A DNA stretch of 61,824 nt, the filler included, from Desulfonatronovibrionaceae bacterium (GTDB lineage Bacteria; Desulfobacterota; Desulfovibrionia; Desulfovibrionales; Desulfonatronovibrionaceae), in NCBI GenBank assembly GCA_046539845.1. It is 4 parts of 4 records of this genome, joined end to end, with 100 filler letters (N's around TTAATTAATTAA, not from the genome) between each part and the next. Parts side by side here need not be neighbours in the genome. Positions count along the whole stretch, not along the records: positions 1 to 15,822 come from JBKHGE010000045.1; 3 more parts are not named here. One strand, 5' to 3'. Under the pieces are notes generated by a model. The model did not search any database. It was not told the origin of the DNA and saw only the letters and a program-made list of their open reading frames with translations. Shown one piece after another: positions 1-11,119 of this stretch. How positions within the stretch are numbered: the stretch's first letter is position 1; every line of letters begins with the position of its first letter. Made by a program: the position numbers and the translations under genes.

Positions 1-79
1 GGATTGGCTTCGACAAATATAAATTATTTAAGTTGCGTTGTAGGGTTAAGCGCCCAATGACCTTTCCCCGGGCCGGGTA

Positions 80-1120
<1,041 letters not shown>

Positions 1121-1239
1121 CTACATTCCCCGCTAGAATAATTAGGTTTCCACTTGCAGCTCTTACCCCGCACCGCCACTTGAGAGTATACTTTTCTTTG
1201 GTTATATTCAACAATTCATTTCGGTTCGGAACACTAAAT

Positions 1240-2178
1240 ATGCACAACCGCTACTACCCCCTGTCCGCATACTTCAGGTCCAGATTCGGACGCCGGGTGC
1301 AGAAGATACCCCTGGACGGAGCAGCCACTTGCCCCAATCGGGACGGGACCATCTCCACCCTGGGGTGTGCCTTCTGTAATCCCAAAGGTTCAGGGACCGG
1401 GCTGGGCAGTAGAAAAATGTCCTTAACAGAGCAGTACCTGCATTGGCAAACCAGACTGGGCCGCAAATACAAGGCCGGTCTGTTCATGATCTATCTGCAG
1501 TCCTACACCAACACCTACGGCCCCATATCCCGGCTAAAAGATACCCTGCGCGAGCTGGCCGCCCTGCCGGACGCGGCTGGCTTGTGCATCGGGACCCGAC
1601 CCGACTGTCTGGACAAAGACAAGGTCGCGCTTCTGTCCGAACAGCCCTGGGAGGAGATCTGGCTGGACATGGGCCTGCAGTCTTGCAACGACAGCACCCT
1701 CCAGGCGGTAAACCGGGGGCACACCGCCCGGGACTTCTCCCGGGCCTGCGGGCTGGCCGCCTCCCGCGACCTCAAGGTCTGTGCCCATGTAATCGCCGGG
1801 CTCCCGGGCGAGAATCGCGGCCATTTCCTGCAAACGATCGAATTTTTGAATCACCTTGGAATCCAGGGCATCAAAATCCATAACCTGTATATCTGCCGGG
1901 AGACAAAGATGGCCGAGGACTATCGCGCAGGCCGCTATCACCCGCTGACCCGCTGGGAATACGCACAATGGGTGGTCCACGGTCTGGAGCGCCTTGATCC
2001 GGGCATTGTCGTGCACAGGCTGAACGGGGACCCGGTTCCCGGGGAACTCATCGCCCCGCAATGGGCCGAAAACAAGGCCGGGGTCCTGGAGACCATCCGC
2101 TACTGTCTTCGGGAAAAAGACACTTGGCAGGGCCGGACATATTGCCCTCAGATCCCGGACTGGTTTCAAACCCCCTGA
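1240..2178 (+). CDS. TIGR01212/YhcC-family radical SAM protein
   Basis: CPNRDG...GCAFC (Cx11Cx2C), QSYTNTY, GTRPDC, NRGH, GIKIHNL; start moved to ATG 1240. Confidence 0.9.
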   Translation: MHNRYYPLSAYFRSRFGRRVQKIPLDGAATCPNRDGTISTLGCAFCNPKGSGTGLGSRKMSLTEQYLHWQTRLGRKYKAGLFMIYLQSYTNTYGPISRLKDTLRELAALPDAAGLCIGTRPDCLDKDKVALLSEQPWEEIWLDMGLQSCNDSTLQAVNRGHTARDFSRACGLAASRDLKVCAHVIAGLPGENRGHFLQTIEFLNHLGIQGIKIHNLYICRETKMAEDYRAGRYHPLTRWEYAQWVVHGLERLDPGIVVHRLNGDPVPGELIAPQWAENKAGVLETIRYCLREKDTWQGRTYCPQIPDWFQTP

Positions 2179-2192
2179 ACAAAAGGCAGGAC

Positions 2193-2720
2193 ATGGACAA
2201 AACAGAGATGGTTTCCGCCCCCGGGTTTTGTCTGGAGCTTAAATGGTCCGGACCGACCCTGGCCAAGACCAAGCTGTTTCCGCGCAGGGAATGGGCAGCT
2301 GCCCCGGATCCGCGCACCTGCCTAGACCCGGAGCTGGTCCGGGCGCTTATCAACTACGGCCCGGACACCTGGCCGCATATCAGCCGCATCCAACTTTCTC
2401 TCACCGGGCTGAGCGCCTTCCGGACCCGGGTACTGCTCACTTTGCGCAGCAAAGTCCCTTTCGGGACCACCATCACCTACGGGGAACTAGCCCGTCTGAG
2501 CGGCCATCCCGGAGCGGCCCGGGCGGTGGGCCGGTGCATGGCTTCAAACCCCTGGCCGGTTGTTGTCCCCTGCCACCGCGTATTGGGCGAAAACTCCCTG
2601 GGAGGCTTCGGATCCGGGTTAAAATTGAAGAAAACCCTCCTGCGCCTGGAGGGAATACACCCGCAGCAGCCAGGGACTAATATCAACACCCGGACCCGGC
2701 CCGGAGCAAAAAAATGCTGA
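2193..2720 (+). CDS. ogt: Methylated-DNA--protein-cysteine S-methyltransferase
   Basis: Active-site PCHRV, ARAVG, YGELA; start moved to ATG 2193. Confidence 0.9.
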   Translation: MDKTEMVSAPGFCLELKWSGPTLAKTKLFPRREWAAAPDPRTCLDPELVRALINYGPDTWPHISRIQLSLTGLSAFRTRVLLTLRSKVPFGTTITYGELARLSGHPGAARAVGRCMASNPWPVVVPCHRVLGENSLGGFGSGLKLKKTLLRLEGIHPQQPGTNINTRTRPGAKKC

Positions 2721-2834
2721 CCCCGCGGGGGCTTAAAAAACACAAGAAGCGGCGCAACAATCCCCCACCGAAACGCGGCTGTCCGCTGACAAAGACCCCT
2801 GCACCCTTGCCGCCGAAAGACTCCCAACAGCCAG

Positions 2835-5498
2835 CTAAGGGGTCGGATCTTTTCCCTTTCCCTCTTCATCCCCGGGGCGGAGGACCATAAAATAGGAAGA
2901 ATCCATCTGCAGATACTTGCGCGCCGCCCTGCGGACATCTTCAGGCTTGACCTCTCCCACCCGGTCTATCATCTCCCGGTTGAAATCCAAATTCAGTCCC
3001 ATGGTCAAGAGGGAGGCCGCCTCGCTGCTGCGCGAGGACAGGCTCTGGTGGCTGCGGTAATATTCGCCGGTGATCATGTTCACCGCCCTTTTGACCTGCT
3101 TCTCCTGCGGGGCCTTGCTGCGGAGGTCTTCTATCACCTGCCTGAATCCCTGAACTGCCTGCTCTTCCTTCTCCGGATAGGTACCGATGTAAAAGGCCAG
3201 AAAGCCATATTCCGGGGTCTGCCACAAAAGCGGGGTCACGGTGTAGCCCAGTCCTTTCCGGTCCCGCAGCTCCCGGAAAAGGACCCCCCCCTGTCCGGCC
3301 AGAACCGTCTTCAGGACCTTGAGCACCGGGGTGGAGTCATCGTTGAGTCCCGGGACCGGGAAGGCCAGAAGCACATGCGCTTGATGCCTGTCCTCCAGGC
3401 TCAGCTCAGTCTCCCGGAGCGGAGACCAGACATTCTTTGGGGGCTTTTCCCCGGATTTTACTTCCCGTTTGCGCAGGTCGCGGACCAGCGGTTCCAGAGC
3501 ATCCCGGTCAATCTGGCCGCAGAGGGTTATCACGCAGGGCCGGGAGAATTGCTTGTCCCAAAAGGACCGGAGCTCATCCGGATCCATCTCCTCCAGCCCG
3601 GAGGGATCTCCGAGATGGAACTCCGCGAACGGTCCTTCAGAGAAAAGAAACGGGAACAGACGACGGAACATGTACCCGGCGGGACGGTCGTCCCTGGATC
3701 GGATCTCGGCTATCTGCTCTTTGACCGCCTTACTCACCTCCTCCGGAGAAAATTCCGGGGAGAACAGGACCTCCCGGACCAGACCGTATATATCCCGGCT
3801 GTACCGGACCGGGAACTTGGCCTGCACGGAAAAGCTCTGCCGGCCGGACCCGGAATCCAGCTCGGCCGCTCTGTCGGACAAAAAGTCCTGGATCTCCGTG
3901 GCGGTCCGGTTCCCGGTCCCGCGGACCAGGCTGCGGGCGGTCAACTCGGCCAGGCCACTCTCCCCCCCTTCCAGCAGCTCATCTCCGCCCGGCCAGGATA
4001 TATTCAGCGCGGTATACGGAAGGCTGGGGTCCTCGATCAAAACCAGGCTCTGCCCCTGACCCAGCTCCAGGACTTCCCGGCCGGTTTTTTCCGCTCTCTT
4101 TTCTACGCCGGTTTTTTGTTCTTCTTTAGCTTCCCAGTTCCCGGCAAGGACCTCCTGAAAGGCGTCCCTGTCCACCGGCACCGAATCCGGCAGAAGCAGG
4201 CTCATATTGAGCCGGTCCGGGTGTAGATAACTGTCCATGACCTGCTGCAGGCTGTCTTGATCCACCTGCCCCAAATCGTAGATATATTTATCCTCAGCCC
4301 GGACCGAATGCTCGAAAAACTGGAAATATCCCAGCTTGGACGCGGTCCCTCCCAGGGTCTCCTTGCTGCTGAAAAGCTCGTCCTCGATGTTCGCCCGGGC
4401 GCGCTCGATCATCTCCGGGGTAAAGCTGTCCGCGCTCAGCCCGGCCAGATCCGAGGTTAGCTCATCCCAGAACACGTCCATGCTGTCCGGGGGCAAAACG
4501 GCCCGGATATACAGCATCCCGCCCCGTTCCATGCTCACAGCAGAGCAGGAGATGCTGTCCACGAGTTGTTTTTCGTATTTGTATTTGCGGTGCAGATAGG
4601 AGGTCATATCCCCGCCCAGGAGATAGGAAAGGACCTCTAGGTCCGAGGTCTCGGGCGCGCTCAGGGCGGGGATGGGAAAGGCTATGCCGGCATAGGCCTT
4701 CTTCCAGGGCCCGGTGGTGATGTCCATGCGCGGCCTGGTTTGGGTTTGGGCCGAATCCAGCGGCTGGGCGGGAAGCACCGGATGATCGTTTTCCAAGTCG
4801 CCGAAATACACTTTGGCCCGATCCACCACTTCTTCGGTGCTCACCTGGCCGCAGACCACCAGGAGCATGGATTGGGGCTGATACAGCCGGGCCACGTAGT
4901 CCTTTAGATCCTGACTGGTTATATCCTTGACTGTCTGCGGATAGCCGATCACCGGCCGGGAATAGGGCGTGCCCCCCCATACACTTTTCTGAATGGACTT
5001 AAAAAGCCGCTGCCCGGGATTGTCCTCACCCCTTTCCAGCTCGGCAATAACCACGTCTTTTTCGCTCTTGAGCTCCCGGGGATCGAAAACGGAGCCGAAG
5101 GCCATATCCCGCAAGACATCCAGCCCCAACTGCCACTTGTCCGCGGGCAGGTCCACCTTGTACATAGTGTAGTCCAAGCTGGTGGCCGCGTTTATATCCC
5201 CGCCTGCGCTTTCCACCTCCTCGGCTGTCTCACCCGGTCCCCTTTTTTCCGAACCTTTGAAGACCATATGCTCCAGCAGGTGGCTTATTCCCGCCTGATC
5301 CGGGGATTCGTACGCGGATCCGGCATGCACATACAAACGCATGGAGGTCAGCGGAAACCGCTCATCCTCCTCTACCAGTATCTGCAGTCCGTTCTCCAGG
5401 ATCACCAAGTCAGTGGCCTCGAGTTGCCCAGGGGCACTCAAAGCGGCGGTTATAAACATACAAAATATCCCCAGGGTTATGCTAAGGCGGCAAAACAT
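2835..5498 (-). CDS. M16 (pitrilysin-like) zinc metallopeptidase, exported
   Basis: HLLEH (HxxEH), NAATS, duplicated M16 halves, LRDRKGLGY, N-terminal signal-like segment; 887 aa. Confidence 0.92.
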   Translation of the reverse strand: MFCRLSITLGIFCMFITAALSAPGQLEATDLVILENGLQILVEEDERFPLTSMRLYVHAGSAYESPDQAGISHLLEHMVFKGSEKRGPGETAEEVESAGGDINAATSLDYTMYKVDLPADKWQLGLDVLRDMAFGSVFDPRELKSEKDVVIAELERGEDNPGQRLFKSIQKSVWGGTPYSRPVIGYPQTVKDITSQDLKDYVARLYQPQSMLLVVCGQVSTEEVVDRAKVYFGDLENDHPVLPAQPLDSAQTQTRPRMDITTGPWKKAYAGIAFPIPALSAPETSDLEVLSYLLGGDMTSYLHRKYKYEKQLVDSISCSAVSMERGGMLYIRAVLPPDSMDVFWDELTSDLAGLSADSFTPEMIERARANIEDELFSSKETLGGTASKLGYFQFFEHSVRAEDKYIYDLGQVDQDSLQQVMDSYLHPDRLNMSLLLPDSVPVDRDAFQEVLAGNWEAKEEQKTGVEKRAEKTGREVLELGQGQSLVLIEDPSLPYTALNISWPGGDELLEGGESGLAELTARSLVRGTGNRTATEIQDFLSDRAAELDSGSGRQSFSVQAKFPVRYSRDIYGLVREVLFSPEFSPEEVSKAVKEQIAEIRSRDDRPAGYMFRRLFPFLFSEGPFAEFHLGDPSGLEEMDPDELRSFWDKQFSRPCVITLCGQIDRDALEPLVRDLRKREVKSGEKPPKNVWSPLRETELSLEDRHQAHVLLAFPVPGLNDDSTPVLKVLKTVLAGQGGVLFRELRDRKGLGYTVTPLLWQTPEYGFLAFYIGTYPEKEEQAVQGFRQVIEDLRSKAPQEKQVKRAVNMITGEYYRSHQSLSSRSSEAASLLTMGLNLDFNREMIDRVGEVKPEDVRRAARKYLQMDSSYFMVLRPGDEEGKGKDPTP

Positions 5499-5882
5499 TC
5501 AGTCCTCCGTTTCCAGGCCGGATTCTTCACTGATTTCAAACGCCGGGGACAAGAGTTCCCGGTCCACCTCGTCCGCATCCTCGGCGTGCAGGCGGACGAG
5601 ATTGCGCAGATGGGCAAAACTCTTCCCGTCCATGCGTACAAAGGATAATCCAGTCCCTGTGGCCTCTCTGCGGCGCACGCTAACCTCAAAGCGCATTTTG
5701 AGCCCGGAATCAAGAATAATCTCCAAAAGGCACTTCTCTCCCGGTTCGACTCCAGGGGCCCGGTCCAGAAAAACCCCGCGCAGACTTATGTTCACGGTCC
5801 GGGCGCTGTGGCTGTGTCCGGGACAAAACAGGCGGGCGAAGGCGTCCATATCCACTCGGGTCCTTTTCCTCTGTTCCGGCAT
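5499..5882 (-). CDS. Single-domain PilZ protein (c-di-GMP receptor)
   Basis: RKRTR (RxxxR) and NISLRG ([D/N]xSxxG); its TGA directly abuts the peptidase ATG. Confidence 0.85.
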   Translation of the reverse strand: MPEQRKRTRVDMDAFARLFCPGHSHSARTVNISLRGVFLDRAPGVEPGEKCLLEIILDSGLKMRFEVSVRRREATGTGLSFVRMDGKSFAHLRNLVRLHAEDADEVDRELLSPAFEISEESGLETED

Positions 5883-6105
5883 TTCCGGTCTCCTTTCCTC
5901 TTTGGACTTGTAACTTGGGCCGCAAAAATTCTCAACTCATATATTTATCCGGACCGAAAACCCGGGTTTGCCCCTGCAGCTAATTTTGGCCGCAACTGAA
6001 CCAATATCTACCGCCCGGTTGACTTGCATTTTTTTTTCCCCCATATCTAAAGGCACGGTTCAAGCACTACCAGTTCCCGACAATCCTTAAAAAGGAGCGC
6101 GGACC

Positions 6106-7161
6106 ATGAGCGCACATGAATTAATACCCACAGCAGACGCCATCCCTGTGGCCTGGGGATGGCTCTATTTTTTGCTACTTTTGACCTTTGTTTTACACCT
6201 GCTTTTTATGAACGTCATGCTCGGCTCGGCCATAATGGCCCTGGTAAGGGACGCAGGCGGAAAGGACCCGGAGGTAAGCAAGGACATCTCCACCAAGCTC
6301 CCGTACACCATAGCCTTTACCATTAATCTGGGCGTGGCCCCCTTTCTATTTCTGCAGGTCTTGTACGGGCAGTTCATTTACACCAGCTCGGTGCTTATGG
6401 CCGGGTACTGGCTTACAGTCATCGGCCTGCTTATTCTTTTATACTACAGCGCATATATATATGACTTCCGCTTCGATAAAATGCCCGGGACCAGGGCGCT
6501 TTTGATCGGGATAACCGCGGTGTTGGGCCTGATCGTGGCCTTTTTGTTCACCAACAACATGACGCTTATGCTCCGGCCTGAGGCATGGAACGAATATTTT
6601 GCCAACCGCTCCGGGACGATACTCAATCTCGGGGACCCCACGCTCTGGCCCCGCTACCTGCATTTTGTCACCGCCTCCATAGCCCTGGCCGGGCTGTTCC
6701 AGGCGGTCATGGCCAAGGTACGCCGCAAACTCCCGGACCGAGAAAAAAGAATGGACCAGGGAATGAAATGGTTCTCCTACGCCACCGCGGTCCAGATAGT
6801 CATCGGTCTGTGGTTCTTGATAAGCCTCCCCCAAGAGATCATGCTCGCCTTCATGGGCGCCTCCGCACTAAACACAGCCGTGTTCCTGGCCGCGGTGACA
6901 TCCGCCATTCTGGCCCTGGTCTTGGGCTTCACCCGCCGGGTCTGGCCGGCAGCCGCGACCGTTGTGCTCACGATAGCGCTCATGGCTGTTACCCGCGACC
7001 TGGTGCGCATTGAATTCTTAAGCCCCTATTTTCATCCCTCTGATCTGGAATTGACCCCCCAATACTCTCCAATGATCGTTTTCTTTGTCGTTTTGGTTTT
7101 GGGGCTGGGACTCGTGGCCTATACGCTATCTCTGGCCGCCAAAAGCGCAAAGGAGGACTAA
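6106..7161 (+). CDS. Polytopic membrane protein, probable second CydA-like subunit of a cytochrome bd-superfamily complex
   Basis: About 9 hydrophobic segments; His in FVLHLLF and RYLHF; RBS AAGGAG; coupled to next gene (GGAGGACTAAATG). Confidence 0.65.
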   Translation: MSAHELIPTADAIPVAWGWLYFLLLLTFVLHLLFMNVMLGSAIMALVRDAGGKDPEVSKDISTKLPYTIAFTINLGVAPFLFLQVLYGQFIYTSSVLMAGYWLTVIGLLILLYYSAYIYDFRFDKMPGTRALLIGITAVLGLIVAFLFTNNMTLMLRPEAWNEYFANRSGTILNLGDPTLWPRYLHFVTASIALAGLFQAVMAKVRRKLPDREKRMDQGMKWFSYATAVQIVIGLWFLISLPQEIMLAFMGASALNTAVFLAAVTSAILALVLGFTRRVWPAAATVVLTIALMAVTRDLVRIEFLSPYFHPSDLELTPQYSPMIVFFVVLVLGLGLVAYTLSLAAKSAKED

Positions 7162-9828
7162 ATGAACTATCCGATATGGGAACTGACCACTCTGGGCGGG
7201 GGTTTCTGGATCGCGCTGGTGGCTGTGGTCCATGTGTACGTGGCCCATTTCGCGGTTGGCGGTGGCCTTTTTCTTATCCTCTGCGAGAAAAAGGCCTACC
7301 GGGAGAACTCCGGGGCCATCCTGGACTACACGCGCAGGCACACCAAATTCTTCCTCCTTTTGACCATGGTCTTCGGCGGGCTCACCGGAGTGGGCATATG
7401 GTTCACCATCTCCCTTTTGTCCCCCGCGGCCACATCGGTTCTGATCCATAATTTCGTCTTTGCCTGGGCCACGGAATGGGTGTTTTTCATGGGGGAAATC
7501 GTGGCCCTTTTCGTTTACTTCTATACCTTCGGCAAGATGCAGAGGCATCAGCACCTGACCGTGGGCTGGATATACTTCATCTGCGCCTGGCTGTCTTTGT
7601 TTATAATCACGGGGATAATCGACTTTATGCTCACTCCCGGGGCGTGGCTGGAAAACCGCAACTTCTGGAGCGGGTTCTTCAACCCCACTTTCTGGCCCTC
7701 CCTGTTCTTCCGCACCTTTATCTGCTTTGTATTCGCCTCCATATTCGCCCTGGTCACCGCCTCCTTTCTAAAGGAGGACAAAACCAGGCAGACCATGATG
7801 CGCTACGCGGTCAAATGGATGCCTCTGCCCTTTATTCTCATGCTTGCCTCCGGTTTCTGGTATCTGCAGGCCGTGCCCCCGGAGACCAGAGAGATAGTCC
7901 TTAAAGTATCCCCGGAAATGCGGACCTATATAGACTGGTTTCTGTACCTCTCTCCGGTTCTGTTCGCCACGGTTTTGGCCATGAGCATCCGCCTGCCCAA
8001 AGGACTGCAGCGCACGGCCACCCTGATCCTTCTGGTTTTGGGGCTTATGTACATGGGCTCGTTTGAGTTTATTCGTGAGGGTGCCCGCCGGCCGTATCTA
8101 GTCTACGACTATATGTACTCCAACTCCATACCAGTATCTCAGGCCCGGGAAATAAACAGGCAGGGTGTCCTTAAAACCGCCAAGTGGACCGAAGAGAAAA
8201 AGATAACTCCGGAGAATCGGATTGATGCCGGGGAGGAAATATTTCAATTGCAATGCTCTAGCTGCCACTCCATAGGCGGCCCTATGAACGACATCCTGCC
8301 CTTAACAAAAAAATTCGAAACTGTTTACGGTATGGACTCCATGCTCAACGGCATGGGCAAGATAAACAACTACATGCCCCCGTTTATGGGCACGAAAAAG
8401 GAGCGCAGGGCCCTGGCCGCGTATATCGTGCGCGGACTTAACGGCTATAAAAAACAAATTGCCGCATACGAACCTCAAAAATTCACCTTTGACATCCCGG
8501 CAGACGATGGAGGCAGCGAATATGTGCTCTTGGCCTGGAACAACCTGGGCATGCACTGCATCTCGGACAGTGATCCGTACTGGATTCTGCTCCCTCCGGC
8601 CAATGATCTGTTCGCCCAGCTCATCCGCAAGGACGACTTCCCGGAGATCGTGACCGAGGGGGTTAAGCTTAACTACAAAGTGGAAAAAGGATTTGAGAAC
8701 CCGGCCGGAGAGGTCCGGTTCTGGGAGTTCTCCAAATCGCTCATAGGCAAGGAGCTGCCCCTGAATGTCGGGGTCTCCGGGAATCCGGTCACGGACGGGG
8801 AGATGGAGCTAAACGAGGACCTCATGGCCTTCGAGGCCTCACTGGTCCCGGTCGTCCCCTATCCGGAAGACGGATCGTTCAACCCCTATCCCCTGTACAC
8901 GGTGGAGGCGGTGGACAAAAAAACCGGGGAAGTCCTGGCTAAAACCCGGTTCGTGGCCCCAACCTCCACGGAAATGGGCTGCAAGAACTGCCACGGCGGG
9001 AACTGGCGCGTGGCCGGAGTGGCCGGGTTTTCGGACCAGACCTCGGCGGACATTTTAGAGGTCCATGACCGCATAAACCAGACCGGTCTTTTGCCAAAGG
9101 CAGAGGCTGGGAACCCCATGCTCTGCCAGAGCTGCCACGCCGATCCGATCCTGGGCACAGAGGGCGAGCCGGGGGTCCCCAATTTCCCGGCGGCCATACA
9201 CGGATTTCACGCCAATTATCTAACGGAGAGGGGAACCGAGGCCTGCTTTAAATGTCATCCCTCCTCGACCGCAGGACCCACCGGGTGCCTGCGCGGGGTG
9301 CACGCCGGGCTGGGACTAGACTGCGTCTCCTGCCACGGCACCCTGGAGGATCATGCCCTTAGCCTGCTCAAACACGAAAAAGAGCAGGGCAAGGACGTGG
9401 ACAAGCTCATGCGTCATCTTGAGCCCCGGACCGTGGACTCGGTGGAGGAGATCGAGCCCAGACTCCCTTGGATAAACGAACCGGACTGCCTGAACTGCCA
9501 CCAGGATTTCCAGCCGCCGGAATCCAAGGACGTGAGTGCCTTCAACCAATGGACCAATGACGCCTCCGGGCTCTTCCGCATGCGCACTGACCAGATGGGC
9601 CTTATGTGCGAATCCTGCCACGGCTCCACCCACGCCAATTACCCGGCAGACAATATGTACGGCCAGGACCGGGACAATATCCCGCCCCTGCAGTACCAGG
9701 ACAATAACCTGCCTATAGGAGCGGACAAGAACTGCCGAGTCTGCCACAGCATGGACATGGACTTCAGCGCTCACCACCCGAACATGCTGCAGGAATTCCG
9801 CAACCGGCAGCTTATACGCAAAAGATAA
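7162..9828 (+). CDS. Cytochrome bd subunit I (CydA)-like membrane domain fused to an octaheme cytochrome c region
   Basis: CydA-like VHVYVAHFAVGGG, WATEWVFFMGE, FNPTF, REGARRPY; eight CxxCH motifs (CSSCH, CKNCH, CQSCH, CFKCH, CVSCH, CLNCH, CESCH, CRVCH). Confidence 0.85.
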   Translation: MNYPIWELTTLGGGFWIALVAVVHVYVAHFAVGGGLFLILCEKKAYRENSGAILDYTRRHTKFFLLLTMVFGGLTGVGIWFTISLLSPAATSVLIHNFVFAWATEWVFFMGEIVALFVYFYTFGKMQRHQHLTVGWIYFICAWLSLFIITGIIDFMLTPGAWLENRNFWSGFFNPTFWPSLFFRTFICFVFASIFALVTASFLKEDKTRQTMMRYAVKWMPLPFILMLASGFWYLQAVPPETREIVLKVSPEMRTYIDWFLYLSPVLFATVLAMSIRLPKGLQRTATLILLVLGLMYMGSFEFIREGARRPYLVYDYMYSNSIPVSQAREINRQGVLKTAKWTEEKKITPENRIDAGEEIFQLQCSSCHSIGGPMNDILPLTKKFETVYGMDSMLNGMGKINNYMPPFMGTKKERRALAAYIVRGLNGYKKQIAAYEPQKFTFDIPADDGGSEYVLLAWNNLGMHCISDSDPYWILLPPANDLFAQLIRKDDFPEIVTEGVKLNYKVEKGFENPAGEVRFWEFSKSLIGKELPLNVGVSGNPVTDGEMELNEDLMAFEASLVPVVPYPEDGSFNPYPLYTVEAVDKKTGEVLAKTRFVAPTSTEMGCKNCHGGNWRVAGVAGFSDQTSADILEVHDRINQTGLLPKAEAGNPMLCQSCHADPILGTEGEPGVPNFPAAIHGFHANYLTERGTEACFKCHPSSTAGPTGCLRGVHAGLGLDCVSCHGTLEDHALSLLKHEKEQGKDVDKLMRHLEPRTVDSVEEIEPRLPWINEPDCLNCHQDFQPPESKDVSAFNQWTNDASGLFRMRTDQMGLMCESCHGSTHANYPADNMYGQDRDNIPPLQYQDNNLPIGADKNCRVCHSMDMDFSAHHPNMLQEFRNRQLIRKR

Positions 9829-9846
9829 GCCCACTTTACGCCTCAC

Positions 9847-9890
9847 GCAAATCCCCGGAATTACTAAATACTCCGGGGATTTGCCCTTTA
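9847..9890 (+). terminator. Stem-loop after the cytochrome operon, probable terminator
   Basis: Perfect 13-bp stem GCAAATCCCCGGA/TCCGGGGATTTGC, 12-nt loop, weak T tail. Confidence 0.55.
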
Positions 9891-10067
9891 AGGCTGTACC
9901 CTTGGTTGAATCTGAAACAAAAATCCTTTCTCAAAGGTTTGACAAATCGGGAAAAAAACACAAGCCTTAATCCGGATATCAAACGATCAACAGCCCCGTA
10001 CCCCGGGGGTATTGTACCGGAAAACAAAAATGGCCTGCGGGCCTTAGGCCGTGCGCGCTGATCCACA

Positions 10068-11119
10068 TGTAAGGTCTTGAATTTTCTGTTTCTTTGCTTC
10101 CAGGGAAAGACTTGCAGCCGGCTGGGATAAAATATCAGACAATACAGAAAACAGGAGTAAAGACGTGGCCCTGATCCTGCGCAGCAAAACCAGAACCACC
10201 CCGGCCATCCGGCAGTACATCCAGGAATCGGACAAATCCGTGGGTGAACTGGCCGGGGAGCTGAACTTAAGCGAATCCACCATCCGTAAATGGCGTAAAC
10301 GCGCCGAAGGATACGACGCCAGCCGACGCAAGCGCGTGCACCGGACCATGTTCACCCCGATGCAGGAGCTGATAATCATTGAAATCCGGCGTCTGCTTCT
10401 TTTATCCTTGGACGATATGCTCACCGTGGTCCGCACATTTATTCATCCCTCCTGCTCCCGTTCTTCCCTGGACCGCCTGCTCCGGCGCTATGGGGTGTGC
10501 AGGCTCGGCGATCTGATCCCGGACCCGGAAGACTACAACCGAGTCATTAAGCAGTACAAACACTACCTGCCCGGATTCATGCGCATCCACGAGCGCACCT
10601 TGCCCCTGGTCCAGGAATCGGACTGCCGCAGGCACCTGTTTCTGGCCGTGGACCGGGCCACTTCCTGGCTGTACATGGAAACCAGAAAAGACGAATCCCC
10701 GGCCTCTGCAGCCGCTTTCTTAAAGAATTTGGAAGAAAAGACCCCATTCAGACTACGCCGCATCCTGACCTGCGACCGGAAGCTGTTCGGTGGGCGTGAT
10801 CCCCAGGAAAACGAGTTCTCCTCCGCCTGCCGGGAGTTGGGAGTCCAGCAGCACTTCTACCACAGCCGGGCCTCAAGCTCCCCCCAGCCTTTGCCCGACT
10901 TCCCCTCTAGCAGTATGAACGGAAGTCCGGAGACGTTCACCTCGGGCCGGGACATAGAAAAAAGGCTGCTTTCCCACTGCTACGTGTACAACAACCATAT
11001 CCCTTTGCGCAGCAAGGGCAGCCGCACCCCGCAGGAGGTCCTGCAGGCCTTTTACCAGTACTATCCGGAGCTGTTCTCCCAGAATCCGCAAGAAATGGTC
11101 GCCTATCCGGATCAGGACA
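10068..11119 (+). mobile_element. Putative eroded IS481-family element footprint (probably immobile)
   Basis: TGT start at 10068 (TGTAAGGTCTTGAATT) and GACA ending 11119 bracket about 1.05 kb containing the transposase-like domain; ends match each other poorly, no target duplication. Confidence 0.4.

Noticed and set aside
6019..6047. T9 tract in a putative promoter spacer as a phase-variation switch
   Set aside because: The -10 match is weak and the tract short; no evidence of length variation
10165..11119. Active IS481 element inserted upstream of a separate aminotransferase gene
   Set aside because: No stop between the domains, catalytic positions altered, no good inverted repeats or target duplication
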